Assembly (NCBI RefSeq): GCF_009914755.1
Contig: NC_060928.1
Strand: one strand, 5' to 3'
Length of the DNA stretch: 64,000 nt
Origin: the human T2T-CHM13v2.0 reference genome, Homo sapiens
Within the stretch, counting starts at the first letter, position 1. Each line of letters starts with the position of its first letter. Shown here piece after piece: positions 12,874 through 27,133 of the stretch. The notes beneath the pieces were generated by a model that saw nothing but the letters and a program-made list of their open reading frames with translations, was not told the DNA's origin and did no database searches. The translations under genes and the position numbers were made by a program.

Positions 12874-13546
12874 TGTAACCACCCAACTGGTTCTTCTTGC
12901 CTGCTGCCCAGATAAAGCTGATTTATCAAGACAAGGGAAATACAAGACAGAGTTTAATACACATAGAGCCAGCTAAACAAGAGACAAGAGTTTTATTATT
13001 ACTCAAAGCAGCCTCCCAAAAATTTGGAGGCTAGGGTTTTTTAAAGCTAATTTGCGAGGGTTGAAGCTGTTCTCTTGCACTGAGTAGGTTCTTGGGTGGG
13101 GACAACAAGACCAGATGAGCCAGTTCACCAGTCTAGGTGGCGCCAGCTGATCCATCGGAATGTACTTCCTAAGAAATACCACAAACACCAAGCTTAGGTT
13201 TTACAATAGTAATGTTGTCTATAGGAGCAACTGAGGGGGTTGGTGATCTTGTGGCCTCTGGCTGCATGACTCCTGAGCTGTAATTTCTAATCTTGTGGCT
13301 AATTTGTTAGTTTTTCAAAGGCAGTCTGGTTCCCAGGCCAGGAGGGATTTTGTGTCAGGAGAAACTGTTGTCATCTTTGTTTCAAAGTTAAAGTATAAAT
13401 GAAATTCCTCCAAAAGTTAGCTTGGCCTTCTCCCAGGAATGAACAAGGGCAGCTTAGAGGCTAAAAGCAAGATGAAGTTGGTTAGGTCAGATCTCTTTCA
13501 CTGTCATAATTTTCTCACTGTTATAATTTTTGCAAAGGCAGGTGTA
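12874..13546 (-). mobile_element. LTR8-family solo LTR
   Basis: TGTAACCACCCAACTGGTTC...TTTTTGCAAAGGCAGGTGTA. 4-bp TSD ATTT. Homologous to 53852-54541. Confidence 0.88.
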
Positions 13547-13859
13547 ATTTATTATAGAACTCACCATACTACGTCATAATTCTTTCTACATTTGCTATCA
13601 GACTTTGAGGATCTCAAGAGCAGGTATCTTATTCAACTTTTCATGCCTCTTGTACATTAGCTTACCAGGTACTGAACATGAACCACAAATTTTTTTAATG
13701 AATTATTGTGTGCTTATTTTTTCTTTTGGGCTTAAATTCATGTTAAATTTTTAATGATTACATTGGTATTAGCTACATTTAACAGCATTTACAGCTTTGT
13801 TTTGTTGTGGCCCTACTTCTTCTTTTTCCTATTCTACTGATATTTAGTTCAATCAATTA

Positions 13860-14404
13860 TGTAGGAGACCAGAATATGCCACCCTGAAATATGACTCCTT
13901 AGCATAAGGATTATTTTGAGCTGGTTATTTGAAGGTACCACAGACACATGAGAAGCCCTAAAAATAGAGTACAGGTTACCCTTTTGTAAAGGGAAATTTA
14001 CATTTATAAAGAAAATCTCCACTGGTAAGGGTGTCTTCCTCTCTGTACCAGGAGCGAATGACTTTAAATCATTAGAGATTGTTATCAATAGACAAGGCAC
14101 TGACTTAAATCTGCATAACAAACCTTACCCTTGTTTTCCATGCTTTTCCTGGTTACCGCCACATTACTGGTCCTCCAACTCTCTTTTTTCTTTTTTTCAG
14201 TAGAGGATGGTATTTAAGCCTGAACTAAGCCCACATCTTTGAGATTGACTAATTTCTGTGAATATCTAGAATGAATGTGTATCTAAGGATTAAATGTTAA
14301 TAAACTTCTATTTGTTTTTCTCCTCTTAATCTATCTTTTGTTACTGGAGGGACTAGTTAAGAACTCAGAAAAAGTAGAGAAAAAAATTATTTTCTACCTT
14401 TACA
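13860..14404 (+). mobile_element. MER34-family solo LTR
   Basis: TGTAGGAGACCAGAATATGCCACCCTGAAATATG start, AATAAA at ~14299, ends ...CCTTTACA. Confidence 0.82.
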
Positions 14405-14431
14405 ACAAGCAGAAATTATTCAGCAGATTGG

Positions 14432-14851
14432 TGTTACGCGCGTAGGGGTGAAGAGACCATCAAACAGGCTTTGTGTGCGCAATAAAGCTTTTTAATCACC
14501 TGGGTGCAGGCGGGCTGAGTCCAAAAAAAGGAGTCAGCAAAGGGAGATGGGGTGGGGCAGTTTTATAGGATTTGGGTAGGTAGTGGAAAATTACAGTTAA
14601 AGAAAGTTGTTGGCTTGCGGCCAGGGGCGGCGGTCACAAGGTGCTCCATGGGGAGCTTCTGAGACTCATTGTCCAGGAGAAGGAATGTCACAAGGTCAAT
14701 TGATCAGTTAGGGTGGGACAGGAACAAATCACAATGGTGGAATGTCATCAGTTAAGGCAGGAACTGACTATTTTTTACTTCTTCTGTGGTTCTTCAGTTG
14801 TTTCAGGCCATCTGGATGTATACGTGCAGGCTTGGTCTCAGAGGCCTGACA
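14432..14851 (-). mobile_element. LTR7-family (HERV-H) solo LTR
   Basis: Reverse complement starts TGTCAGGCCTCTGAGACCAAGCCTGCACGTATACATCCAGATGGCCTGAA. The + strand contains GTGAAGAGACCATCAAACAGGCTTTGTG. 5-bp TSD ATTGG/ACTGG. Confidence 0.93.
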
Positions 14852-17199
14852 ACTGGTTTTTATTCGGAGTACAATTTAAAAATATCAGCAGGAAAAGATG
14901 TGTGTGTGTGTGTGCCTATGTATGTGTGTTTATGTGTATGGGGTGGAGGTGGAAGAGGCAAGCTCACATAACCAACCATTTAAGGCTCTAAGTTTCTTTT
15001 TAATCTATAAGATAAATAAGTGCCAGAATAAAGTATCCTAGAACATACTGAAGATTTCATGCCAAGATCCCTAGTCCCAGAAAGCTATTTTGAAATGACA
15101 CTTTGAAGTAAATCAATGGAAAATTCAAGGAAATGAAAGGCCTGCGCTTCAAAAAATCCAACATCAATCAGTACTACTGCTAGGTATCCTTTATTTTCCT
15201 CCTTACATATTGTACATACAAGTTGTAGGATAGCTTTTTACAGGAAAAGGGTAAAAATTATTTAATTTTCTATAACTTCAGCCACTTATTCTCATGCTAT
15301 GGCTTTTCAAATGTTTATGTATTTGAATGAAAACACAGTAACTCCTCCACCTGTCTTTAAAACAAAGGTGGTTATATACCTGGTCTGCAGGGGCAGAGGG
15401 AAGGTGTGGAACTTAATATTAAATGTTCATCCATAATTTTCACTTTGCTTCAGACCTTGATGAGGAGTCAAGATGGCCTCTTGCTTTGTTTGGTTTTGAG
15501 GTCTTCATGCTAGCATGCAGTTGTGTAAGAGCAATTTACCGTGACTCACCTTTCTTTTTTTTTTCTGGCACAAAAAATAAAGTTTTCCTATGGTGCTCAA
15601 TAGCACTCAAATGTGCCAGGGCAAAGGCCTCTTTTTTAAAAAAATGAAATAAAACATATGGAAGGAAACTAAGAACTCTTGTCAAAATTATTCCACTGTG
15701 AAATTAGTTACATTCCACAAGAAAATATAATCATGCCAAGGGTTATTTTCTTCAGTGACTCTCACATAAACTACAGCAGGAAAAAAAAAATCTGGTGTTC
15801 AGCTTCATAAGCTGTCAGTGCCATTGGCTACCTAAACCCATTCATATTTGATTATTTTCAGTCCACTGCCATTTCTATACAGCCCTGGTGGATATTTCCT
15901 TGATTCATTAAATAAAACATTCCCATCAGCCTATTATTGTGTTGCTGCTGTCCTTGCTATAATTAACACAGCAACAGATTTAAAAACTAATACTTAAAAT
16001 AACTGGTGTAGAATTCACTTCTAAACAGAATACACATAAAAAAGATTATCCAACAGGGAGCTGCCAAATGTACTGTAAACTGCAAGAGTTTCACATCCTT
16101 TAAACACTCGGCAAGATGCTAACTGAACCACATCTCTGCTGTCAGCAGAGCATGAAACTCTGAGATTTGTTTCAGTTTCCATCTAGTCTCTGCCAGTTAA
16201 AACTAAAGACTTCCACAGGGTAAATACCTATTCCATTTTTACTGGCATTGCCTACTTTCTCTTTGATAATCTTTATGTTTCCCTCTCAGGAATGCTTGAG
16301 CCCTTTATGAATGTGACATTTTGCAAAGCCCTGTGGTCTAATAAACTTTCCCAAATTTCCTCATCATCCTCATCTCCACAAAGTCTTTCTTATGTGCACA
16401 CAGTTGTGAGTGGCACTATGCAAAGAAAATCTAATAGACCCTATTCTTTTTCCTATAAGAATATATCATGGAGAACACACACACTCATACATATACCCAG
16501 TACCTAGAGAGAGAGAGAGCTAAATGCAAACAGTAAGCTCTGCTCAAAATCCTCCATTGGATTCTCGTTTCTTATCAAATCAAATACAATTTTCTCAGCT
16601 TGTCACTCAAAGACTTCTACAATATGAGCCTAGATTATCTTTCCAGCCGACAATTTACCAATCTCCTGAGTGTATCTCCTGTTCCTAGTAAACTAGATTA
16701 CTCACAGTTCCTGTGTTATATGGTGCTTTCCTATTATCTTATCCTGACCCCAGACAGGTAGAAAATCAGGGCCCTGGAGTCAACTAGTCTGGAGTGTGGG
16801 ATGTTATATGCCTGGTTCAGGGGGAAAGGAGGGAGAGGAATAGAGAAGAGGTATCCCTTGTAATCTTATCAATAGGCAGCTGCTGGGGCACTAGGAAGTG
16901 ATTTGAGTCAGAGCAACTCTCAGAGTTGCTGATGAGAAAAGTCATGCAGACCATCCAAATAAGTTGTCAGTTTTAATGAGTGCTACAAAAATGAGGATTC
17001 CTTAATGAAGCCAGGCACACCGAGAGAGGACAGGACACGTGCTTCAAACTGGAGCGTGTGAGATGCAGGCTAAAGCTCTGTAAATAAGAGTAGAAATGAA
17101 ATGACTTTTCCTATTGTGACTGCTTCTTTGGGGTCTGGGGACAGAGAGTTAAGGATGTGAACAGAACTGAATGCCACCTGGGCTCTTAGAATGATGGCA

Positions 17200-17515
17200 T
17201 TCTTTCTGCATGGAACACCTTTATCCTCTGGTTCAAATCATATCAATTCTTCCAGACCCATTTCAAATATCACCTCTTCCATGAAACCTTTTTTTCTGTC
17301 CCTCAAAAGAAGCCATCCTTCCCTCATCTGCACTGTATCAGACATTGTTGATACTTCTTGACAGCCTTCCTTACTAGATTGTGTATTATATTCTTAAATT
17401 TGTCTTATACCTTTAATATATTATAAGCACCTTAAGTTATGGATTTACTCTTTCTTAATATCAACTGTAGCAACTACATACTGTGACACATAACTGTTAC
17501 TCAATAAACATTGTT
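17200..17515 (+). mobile_element. L2 3' fragment
   Basis: TTCAAATATCACCTCTTCCATGAAACCTT...CTCAATAAACATTGTT, typical of the L2 3' end. Confidence 0.6.
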
Positions 17516-18431
17516 AACATTATTTTAACTAACATCTGAGAACAGAGAATATTTGCATGACTTACGGAAAAAGAAAAGGGGCATCAGTATCCAAATATAC
17601 CTCTGGATGTTCTCCCAACTGGCCAGTATCACTGGCATTCCCATATGTTTTATAGAGATAACTAGATATATTCAGCTTATATTGAATATTTATTTATAGT
17701 TCCTCATGAACCTAGTCAATCAATCTGAAAAATTTATCATAATAAAAGTATTTACTATAATCTCAAGGCATATGAGGGATGCTGAATAAATATTACCACA
17801 AAAATATGCAAATGTCCACTTTAATGTTCTCTTCATTTGTTCCTCATACAACCAGGAGATATATCATACCACCTAAAAGTTGGACCCGAAAACTAATTTA
17901 TGTTATGCTTTGATTAAAATTTAGTTTGCTTTCATACTTGATTTAACAATCTTTTCTCACTATTTTGTTCTTTTGTTAAATATATCATGTTGGAAATATA
18001 TATTTCTTATAAGCTCATAGTAAGATGTATAGGAAAAATCCTACAGTATAAGGAATAAAATCCTTCTTAAATGTTTTCCGTATTAACAGGAAAATTGAGG
18101 TCAGATTTTCAACCAAGTATATTGGATATTATGTGATGCATTTTATGTTTTAATATTTATCTCAGTTTTCCTATTTTCCTTTAATTTCTTGCTTTAAAAA
18201 AATTGGTATCTTAATCTTACAAGTTAGCCCCTTTACACATTTTTAATAATGCAGAGTATGAATAATAACACATAAAATTAAAGTTATCTAATCTTATTTA
18301 TACTTTAGTATCCTAAAGTCAAAATGTTACATAGAAGTATAGTATATTATTAAATGAAAAGGAAATGACTATTATAGGTGCATTTTTTTTTAAAATACAA
18401 TGATTTCAAAACTAGCTCGAGGTTTTAGGAA

Positions 18432-18494
18432 AAATCTGTCTAATTTGCTCCTAACACTAAGACAAATCTCCTAATTTGTTCCTAACACCAAGAC
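18432..18494. repeat. Direct tandem duplication, ~31 bp x2
   Basis: AAATCTGTCTAATTTGCTCCTAACACTAAGAC followed by AAATCTCCTAATTTGTTCCTAACACCAAGAC. Confidence 0.85.
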
Positions 18495-21400
18495 AAGCCA
18501 TATATTCATTTTTCTCATTATTTAGAATTGTAAATTCACAATTTATAATTGTAGAAAATTGTGGAGTACAATATGATGTTATGATTCATGAATACAATGT
18601 GAATAATTAAATCAAACTTGTTAAATCATCCGTTTCCTCAAATACTTAACATTTTTTGGTAGTGAGAACGTTTGACATTTACTCTCAGCAATTTTGAAAT
18701 GTAGAATACTCCATTATCAACTATTAATATATCCACCACAGTGTGCAATAGATATTTAAAAAAAACCCATATTGATCATCATTTCCCCATTATCCCATCC
18801 CTCAACCTCCATAACCACTTTCTACTCTCTTACTTCTATGTGTTCAACTCTTTTAAGATACTATATATAGTCGAGAACACGCAGTATTTGTTTTTCTGGG
18901 CCTGTCATATTTCAATTAGCATAATGTTCTCCAATTGCATACATGCAAATAACATTTCCTTCTTTCATAAGGCTGAAGAGTATTCCATTGTGTATATAAA
19001 CGACATTTTCCTTATCCATTTATCTGTTGATGGACAATTAGATTGATTCTATGACTTGGCTGCTGCAGTGAACATGGGAGTGCACACACCTTCTCAACAA
19101 ACGTATTTCAAATATTTGGGTAAATACCTAGAAATATGGTTTTTGCCTCATGTAATTCTATTTTTAGTTTTTTAAGGAATTTCCATATAGTTTTTCAAGG
19201 TGGTTATACCAGTTTACATTCCCAACAACAGTGTACAAGGGTTTTCTTTTCTCCACATTCTTACTTACCTTTGTTATTGTTTATCTTTTTGATAATAGCC
19301 ATTCTGACAGATGTGAGATGATATTTCATTCTGATTTTAATTTGCACTTCCCTGATGATTAGTGATGTTGAGTATTTTTTCATATATCTGTTGGCCATTT
19401 GTATGTCTTCCTTTAAGAAGTGCTTATTTAGGCCCCTTGCCCATTTTTAAATTGGGCTTTTTGTCTTCTTGCTATTGAGTTGTTTGATCTCCTTATATAT
19501 TTTGAATATTGACATTTTATCAGATGTTTGGCTTGCAAATATTTTCTTCCAATCCATAGGTTGTTCCCCTATATTAATTGTTTCCTTTGCTGTGCAGAAG
19601 CTTCTTAGTTTGATAGAACTCCATTTGTCTATTTTGCTTTTGTTGCATGTTCTTTTGGTGTCAAATCCAAAAAATCATTGCTAAGACAAATGTTGTATAG
19701 TTTTCCCCCTGTGTTTTGTCTAGTAGTTTTACAGTTTCTGGTCTTCAGTTTAAGTTTTTAATCCATTTTTAGTTCATTTATGCTGTGAGATAAGGGTCCA
19801 ATATTGTTCATGTGGATATCTAGTTTTTTCACCACCATATGTTGAAGAGACTATCCTTTTTCCACCATGTATTATTGGCAGGTTTGTTGAAAATCAATCA
19901 ACTGTGCATGCATTGGTTGATTTCTGGGCTCTCTTCAACCAGTCTGCTGGTTGATACGTCTTTTTTTTTTTTTTCTAGCATCATGCTGTTTTAATTACTA
20001 GAGAACTCCCTAGTATTGTTTAAAATCAGCTAGTGTGACACCTCCAGCTTTGTTCTTTTTGCTCATGATTGCCTTTGCTATTCAAGGTTTGTTGTTATTC
20101 TATATGAATTTTAGCATTTTTTTTTCTATTTCTATGAAAAATAAAACAGACATTTTTACAGTAATTACATTGAATCTATAAATCACCTTGGGTAGAATGA
20201 ATATTTTAACTATTAATTATTTCAATCCACAAACATAGGATATCTTTCCATCTATTTGGGTCTTCTTCAATTTCTTTCATCAATGTTTTAAACTTTTCAG
20301 TGTACACATATTTTAGTTCCTTGATTAAATTTATTCCTAAGTATGTTAATTTTTGTCACTATTATAAATGGGATTGTTTTCTTTCTTTTTCAGATAGTTT
20401 GTTATTAGCATGCAAAAATTTGACTAGTTTTTGCATGTTGATTTTTGTATCTTACCACTTTAATGTATTTGTTCATTAATTCCAACAAGTTTTTTTTTTT
20501 AATTTAGTCTGTAGGGTTTCCTATATATACGAATATGTCATCAGCAAAGAGTGACCATTTTACTTCTTACTTTCCTAATTATATGTATTTTATTTTCATC
20601 TCTTGTCTAATTGCTCTGGCAAGGACTTCCAATACTATGTTGAACGTAGTGCCAAGAGTGAGCATCCTTGTCTTGTTCCAGATCTTAGAGGCAAGACTTT
20701 CACTTTTTCTCCGTTAGGTATGATGCTAACTGTGGTTTTCTCCTGCATGGCCTTTATTGTGTTGCGGTACATTCCTTTTGTACCTAATTTGATGAGCGTT
20801 TTTATCATAAAAAAGATGTTGAATTTTATCAAATGCCTTTTCTATATCTAATGAGATGATTACATGGTGTTTTGGCCTTCATTCTGTTAATGCAATGTAT
20901 CATATTCATTGGCTTCAGTATGTTGAGCCATTCTTGTATATCAGGGATAAATCCCACTTGATCATTATGGATGGTCCTTTAAATATATTGTTCAATTTGG
21001 TTTGCTAACATTTTGTTGAGGGTTTTTGCAATGATGTTCATCAAGGATACTGGCCTGCAGTTTTCTTTTCTTGTAATGTCCTTGTCTGGCTCTGGTATCA
21101 GGGTAATGCTGACTTCATGAAGAGCTTGGAAATGTTGCCTCCTCTTCAGTTTTTTGGAAGAGTTTGAGAAGGATTGGTATTAGTTCTTCATTAAACATTT
21201 GGTAGAATTCAGCCATGTGGCCATCAGATCTTGTGATTTTCTTTGATGGAAGACTTTCTTATTACTGATACAATCTCCATACTTGTTATTTTCTGCTCGA
21301 ATTTTCTATTTCTTTATCAATCAGTCTTGGTAGGTTAGATGTGTTAGGGATTTGTTTGTTTCTTCTAAATTATCAAATTTGTTGCATATAATTGTAATAG

Positions 21401-21550
21401 TCTCTTTTGATCCTTTGTATTTCTGTGGTATCAGCTGTAGTGTCTTCTTTTTCATATCTGATGTAATTTATTTGAGGTTTCTCTCATTTTTTCTTAGTCT
21501 AGCCAAAGTTTTGTCAATTTTGTTTATTTAAAAAAAAAAAAAACAATTCT

Positions 21551-23686
<2,136 letters not shown>

Positions 23687-26600
23687 GTTTAGTTTCATGG
23701 ATGTGTTGTTTTACTAGTCTCCATATTATTTATTTCTTTTCCCCATGTTATTTATCTGTTACAGCCTTCCTCATGCTAATTTTGAGTTTTGTGTGTTCTT
23801 CTTTTTCTAGTTTCTTGAGGTATAATATTCGGTTGTTTATTTGAGATCTTTCTGTTTTGCTTTAGTTTGTTTTGTTTTTTATCTAGATATTTATTGCTAT
23901 ACACTTTCCTCTTATAACTGCTTTTCCTGTATCCCATAAATTTGGTTTGTTTTGTTTCCATTTTTGTTTATCTCAAGATATTTAAAATTTTTCTTTTAAT
24001 TTCTTTGTTGACCATTGATTGTTCTGGAGTATTTTGTTTAACTTCCATGTATTTGTAGTTTTTCCAAAATTCCTCTTACTGATTTTTAGTTTTAGGCTAT
24101 TGTGGTCAAAAATGATACTCAATATAATTTCAGTCTTCTTGAATTTGTTGAGGCTGTTTTTGTGCCCTCACATGTGTTCTATTCTGGAGAATGTTCTGTT
24201 TGTTCTTGAGAATAATATGTATTCTGTTGTTACCGCATGGACTGCTTCATATAGGTCTATTACATCCATTTAATTTAAAGTGCTGTTCAAGTCTAATATT
24301 TAGTTATCGTTTTTCTGTTCAGATGGTCTTTTCATTGTTGAGAGTGAGGTATTGAAATCTCCTTCTATTATTGTATTGCAATCTGTCTCTTTCTTCAGAT
24401 TTTTTACTATTTGTTTTATATATTTATGTGTGCTAATGTTGAATGAAGGTATTTTTACAATTGCTATATTCTCTTCAGGATTTGGTTTATTTATCATTAT
24501 ATAATGCCCTTCTTTTGATGGTTTTTGACATAAAGTCTGTTTTATTTGGTTGCTACCCTTGCTCTCTTGTGGTTTCTATTTACATGGAATATCTTTTTCC
24601 ATCCCTTCACTTTTACTCTATGTGTGTCCTTAAAATTGAGGTGAGTCTCTTGTAGTCAGCACATAACTGGGTCCTGTTTCTTATTCATTCTGTCTCTCTT
24701 TCTTTTTATTGGAGAATTTAACTTATTTACATATAAGATAATTATTGATAGGTAAGAACTTATTACTGCCATTTTCTTACTTGTTTTCTGGTTGTTTTAT
24801 TAAGAATTTGTTTCTTCCTCTCTTTCTGTCTTTCTTAGTGGTTTGATGGTTTTCAATAGTAGTATGCTTTGAATATTTTCTAGTTTTGTTTTGTGCTTCT
24901 ATTGAAGATTTTTGCTTTGTAGTTACCATGAGGCTTACATGGAACATCTCATATGTATGACAGCCTATTTCAAGCTGATAACAACTTAACTGTGATGGCT
25001 TAACTAACTTTGATACAACAATAGTACATTTTACTCCCTATTTTCATTTAAACTCTGAATTTCTTTAATAACTCATTGGTAGCTACTGTTTTCAGCAGCC
25101 ATCAGAGGCCCACACAGGAGAGCACCAGCAGGGGATCCACCTGCATGAGTCTCCTCTAGGTGGTCTCACTGTTAGGGATTGGATTGCAGGTGCAGTTTAA
25201 TGACACAATCAGAATGCAATAGTTTAAAAGTTTTTCATACTCACATATCCTAGGGGGTACATAGCATGCCTTCTCTACGCAAACACGCACAGGTCAGGGG
25301 CTGCAAGAAGAGAGAGAGAGAAGGGACTTTTGGGTCAATTCCTTTATTGGACCCACAGAATTATCCAAATTTCCTGTGGAGAGCTTTAATCAGTAGGTTT
25401 AAAACAAATAGGCACTAATTTCAGGAGGTCACATTGTGAATCAGAGGTGATCACTTTAAGTTCCTGAGCAAATGTCTAAATGGTCCATTTAAAGGAAGTA
25501 GGAGGAAAGCAGGGAGCCTGGCCTGCTAGATGGGAGAGATGCTTCTATGTTTTTATACCTTGTCATTGACTAGAGCCATTCAAGTGGGATACAGTATTGG
25601 AAACAGGGTCAAGGTGGCCTGAACCCTGCTTCTAGTATTAATAAATTTATATTTTAAAAGGAATACTGAAGCAATATAAAATTATTAACATTCAGTGTAA
25701 TTTATCTCATGATGTCTTAGAATCATACTCAAAAGTAAGGCAATTGGAGTTGAGTGGTGGAGATTATTGACTGTAAGGGAAAAGAGTAGTTGTGGTGGTT
25801 GTGTGTGGAGACACAGGGCAAAAGATTGGAGTGGAAAGCTGGAGGCAGGTGGCAGAAAAAGACATCAGAGAGTGGGTAAGTCCTCTCCTCAGGGAGTTAA
25901 AGGGTTTAATGACATAGAATTGGTGCCTTTTGGGGAAAGCAATAATCTCCATTAATTTTAGTAACCTGTACCAGAATTCTCTTTAGGTATAGAAGTGTGA
26001 GGGTATATATTTGACCGGAGAAGAAGTATACCAGGATCACAGGATAAGCAGACAGTGAATTTAGACGGATATGTAAAAATGTGCTGGGTCCATTTTCTGC
26101 GTTAGGAAAGGCAGTCTGTGAGTATCCCTTGGTGGAGGTTTAGGGTAAAGAGTGAAGTCAACTACAACATCGAGGTCTTGGGTTAGGATGATGTCATCTG
26201 AGGTAATGTCATCTCAGTGGAGAGATTTTGGGTCAGGTCAATGTCATCTGGAATGTCTGACTGGGTATCCTTTTCAAGTGGGTACCCATTTGTGTTAATG
26301 TAGGACACAGTATTTAGCATAATTGGTTCAAACAATCATTTGCTGAAGGATTTGGATGTCTGATTGTAAACCAACAAAAGTACCCAAACCAGTAATAGTA
26401 ATAAGACCAATAATCAATAGAACAATGTGCAGCTGCCCCTGACGAGGTTTTGTTCAGGGTAAAAGTTTAGGTTTAAATGGGTCCCTGGTTATATGAATAG
26501 ATACCTGGTCTGTGGGACAATCTATTGTAATGAATCCTAGGAGAATATGAGTCCTCCATCTGGCTTCCAGTGTTAGTGGGATGGGGGCAAGATCAAAAAT

Positions 26601-27133
26601 GTATATGAAAGTAGTTAAGGCCTGGGACAAACTGGAGAACCTTAGTGTGTTTGTTGTCTTGGAATTTGAAAAGAAAAGAAGTTTTTTGAGGTCATCATTG
26701 TGTCTCTCAATTAAAGCAGTTATTTGGGAGCTATCAAGGATGTGAAAGTTCTATTGAATGTCTTTTTCAAGAACCTAGCAAGATATATTTTAATAAGTGA
26801 AATTTGTGCCTTTTTTTAGTAGTAGTAATGCTTGTAACTTTGAAGGGAATAAGAAATATCCCAGCAAAGCCTTAGGCTGTGGCCTCAGAACATATGGAGA
26901 TTCGTAATTTTGATTTATTCTTTGGGTGTCTATAAATCAAGAAATTCCCAGAGGTTTTGTTTGGTTTGTCTTTGTTTTTTGCCTTAAAGGGGACAATTTT
27001 TAAGCAATGGCCTAATAGCTTATAATAAATATAAAGATGAAACCATTTGTTGACCAGGGCATCTAGTGCAAACACAATGGCCTGAAGTTTGGCTAAGTGC
27101 GTTGTTTCTTGGTCTCCATCATTTATTAGGGAC

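Noticed and set aside
16929-16960. CTGATGA motifs (also 19352, 36574, 56286, 59531) as hammerhead ribozyme cores
   Set aside because: None is followed by stem II plus GAAA and a properly paired cleavage site.
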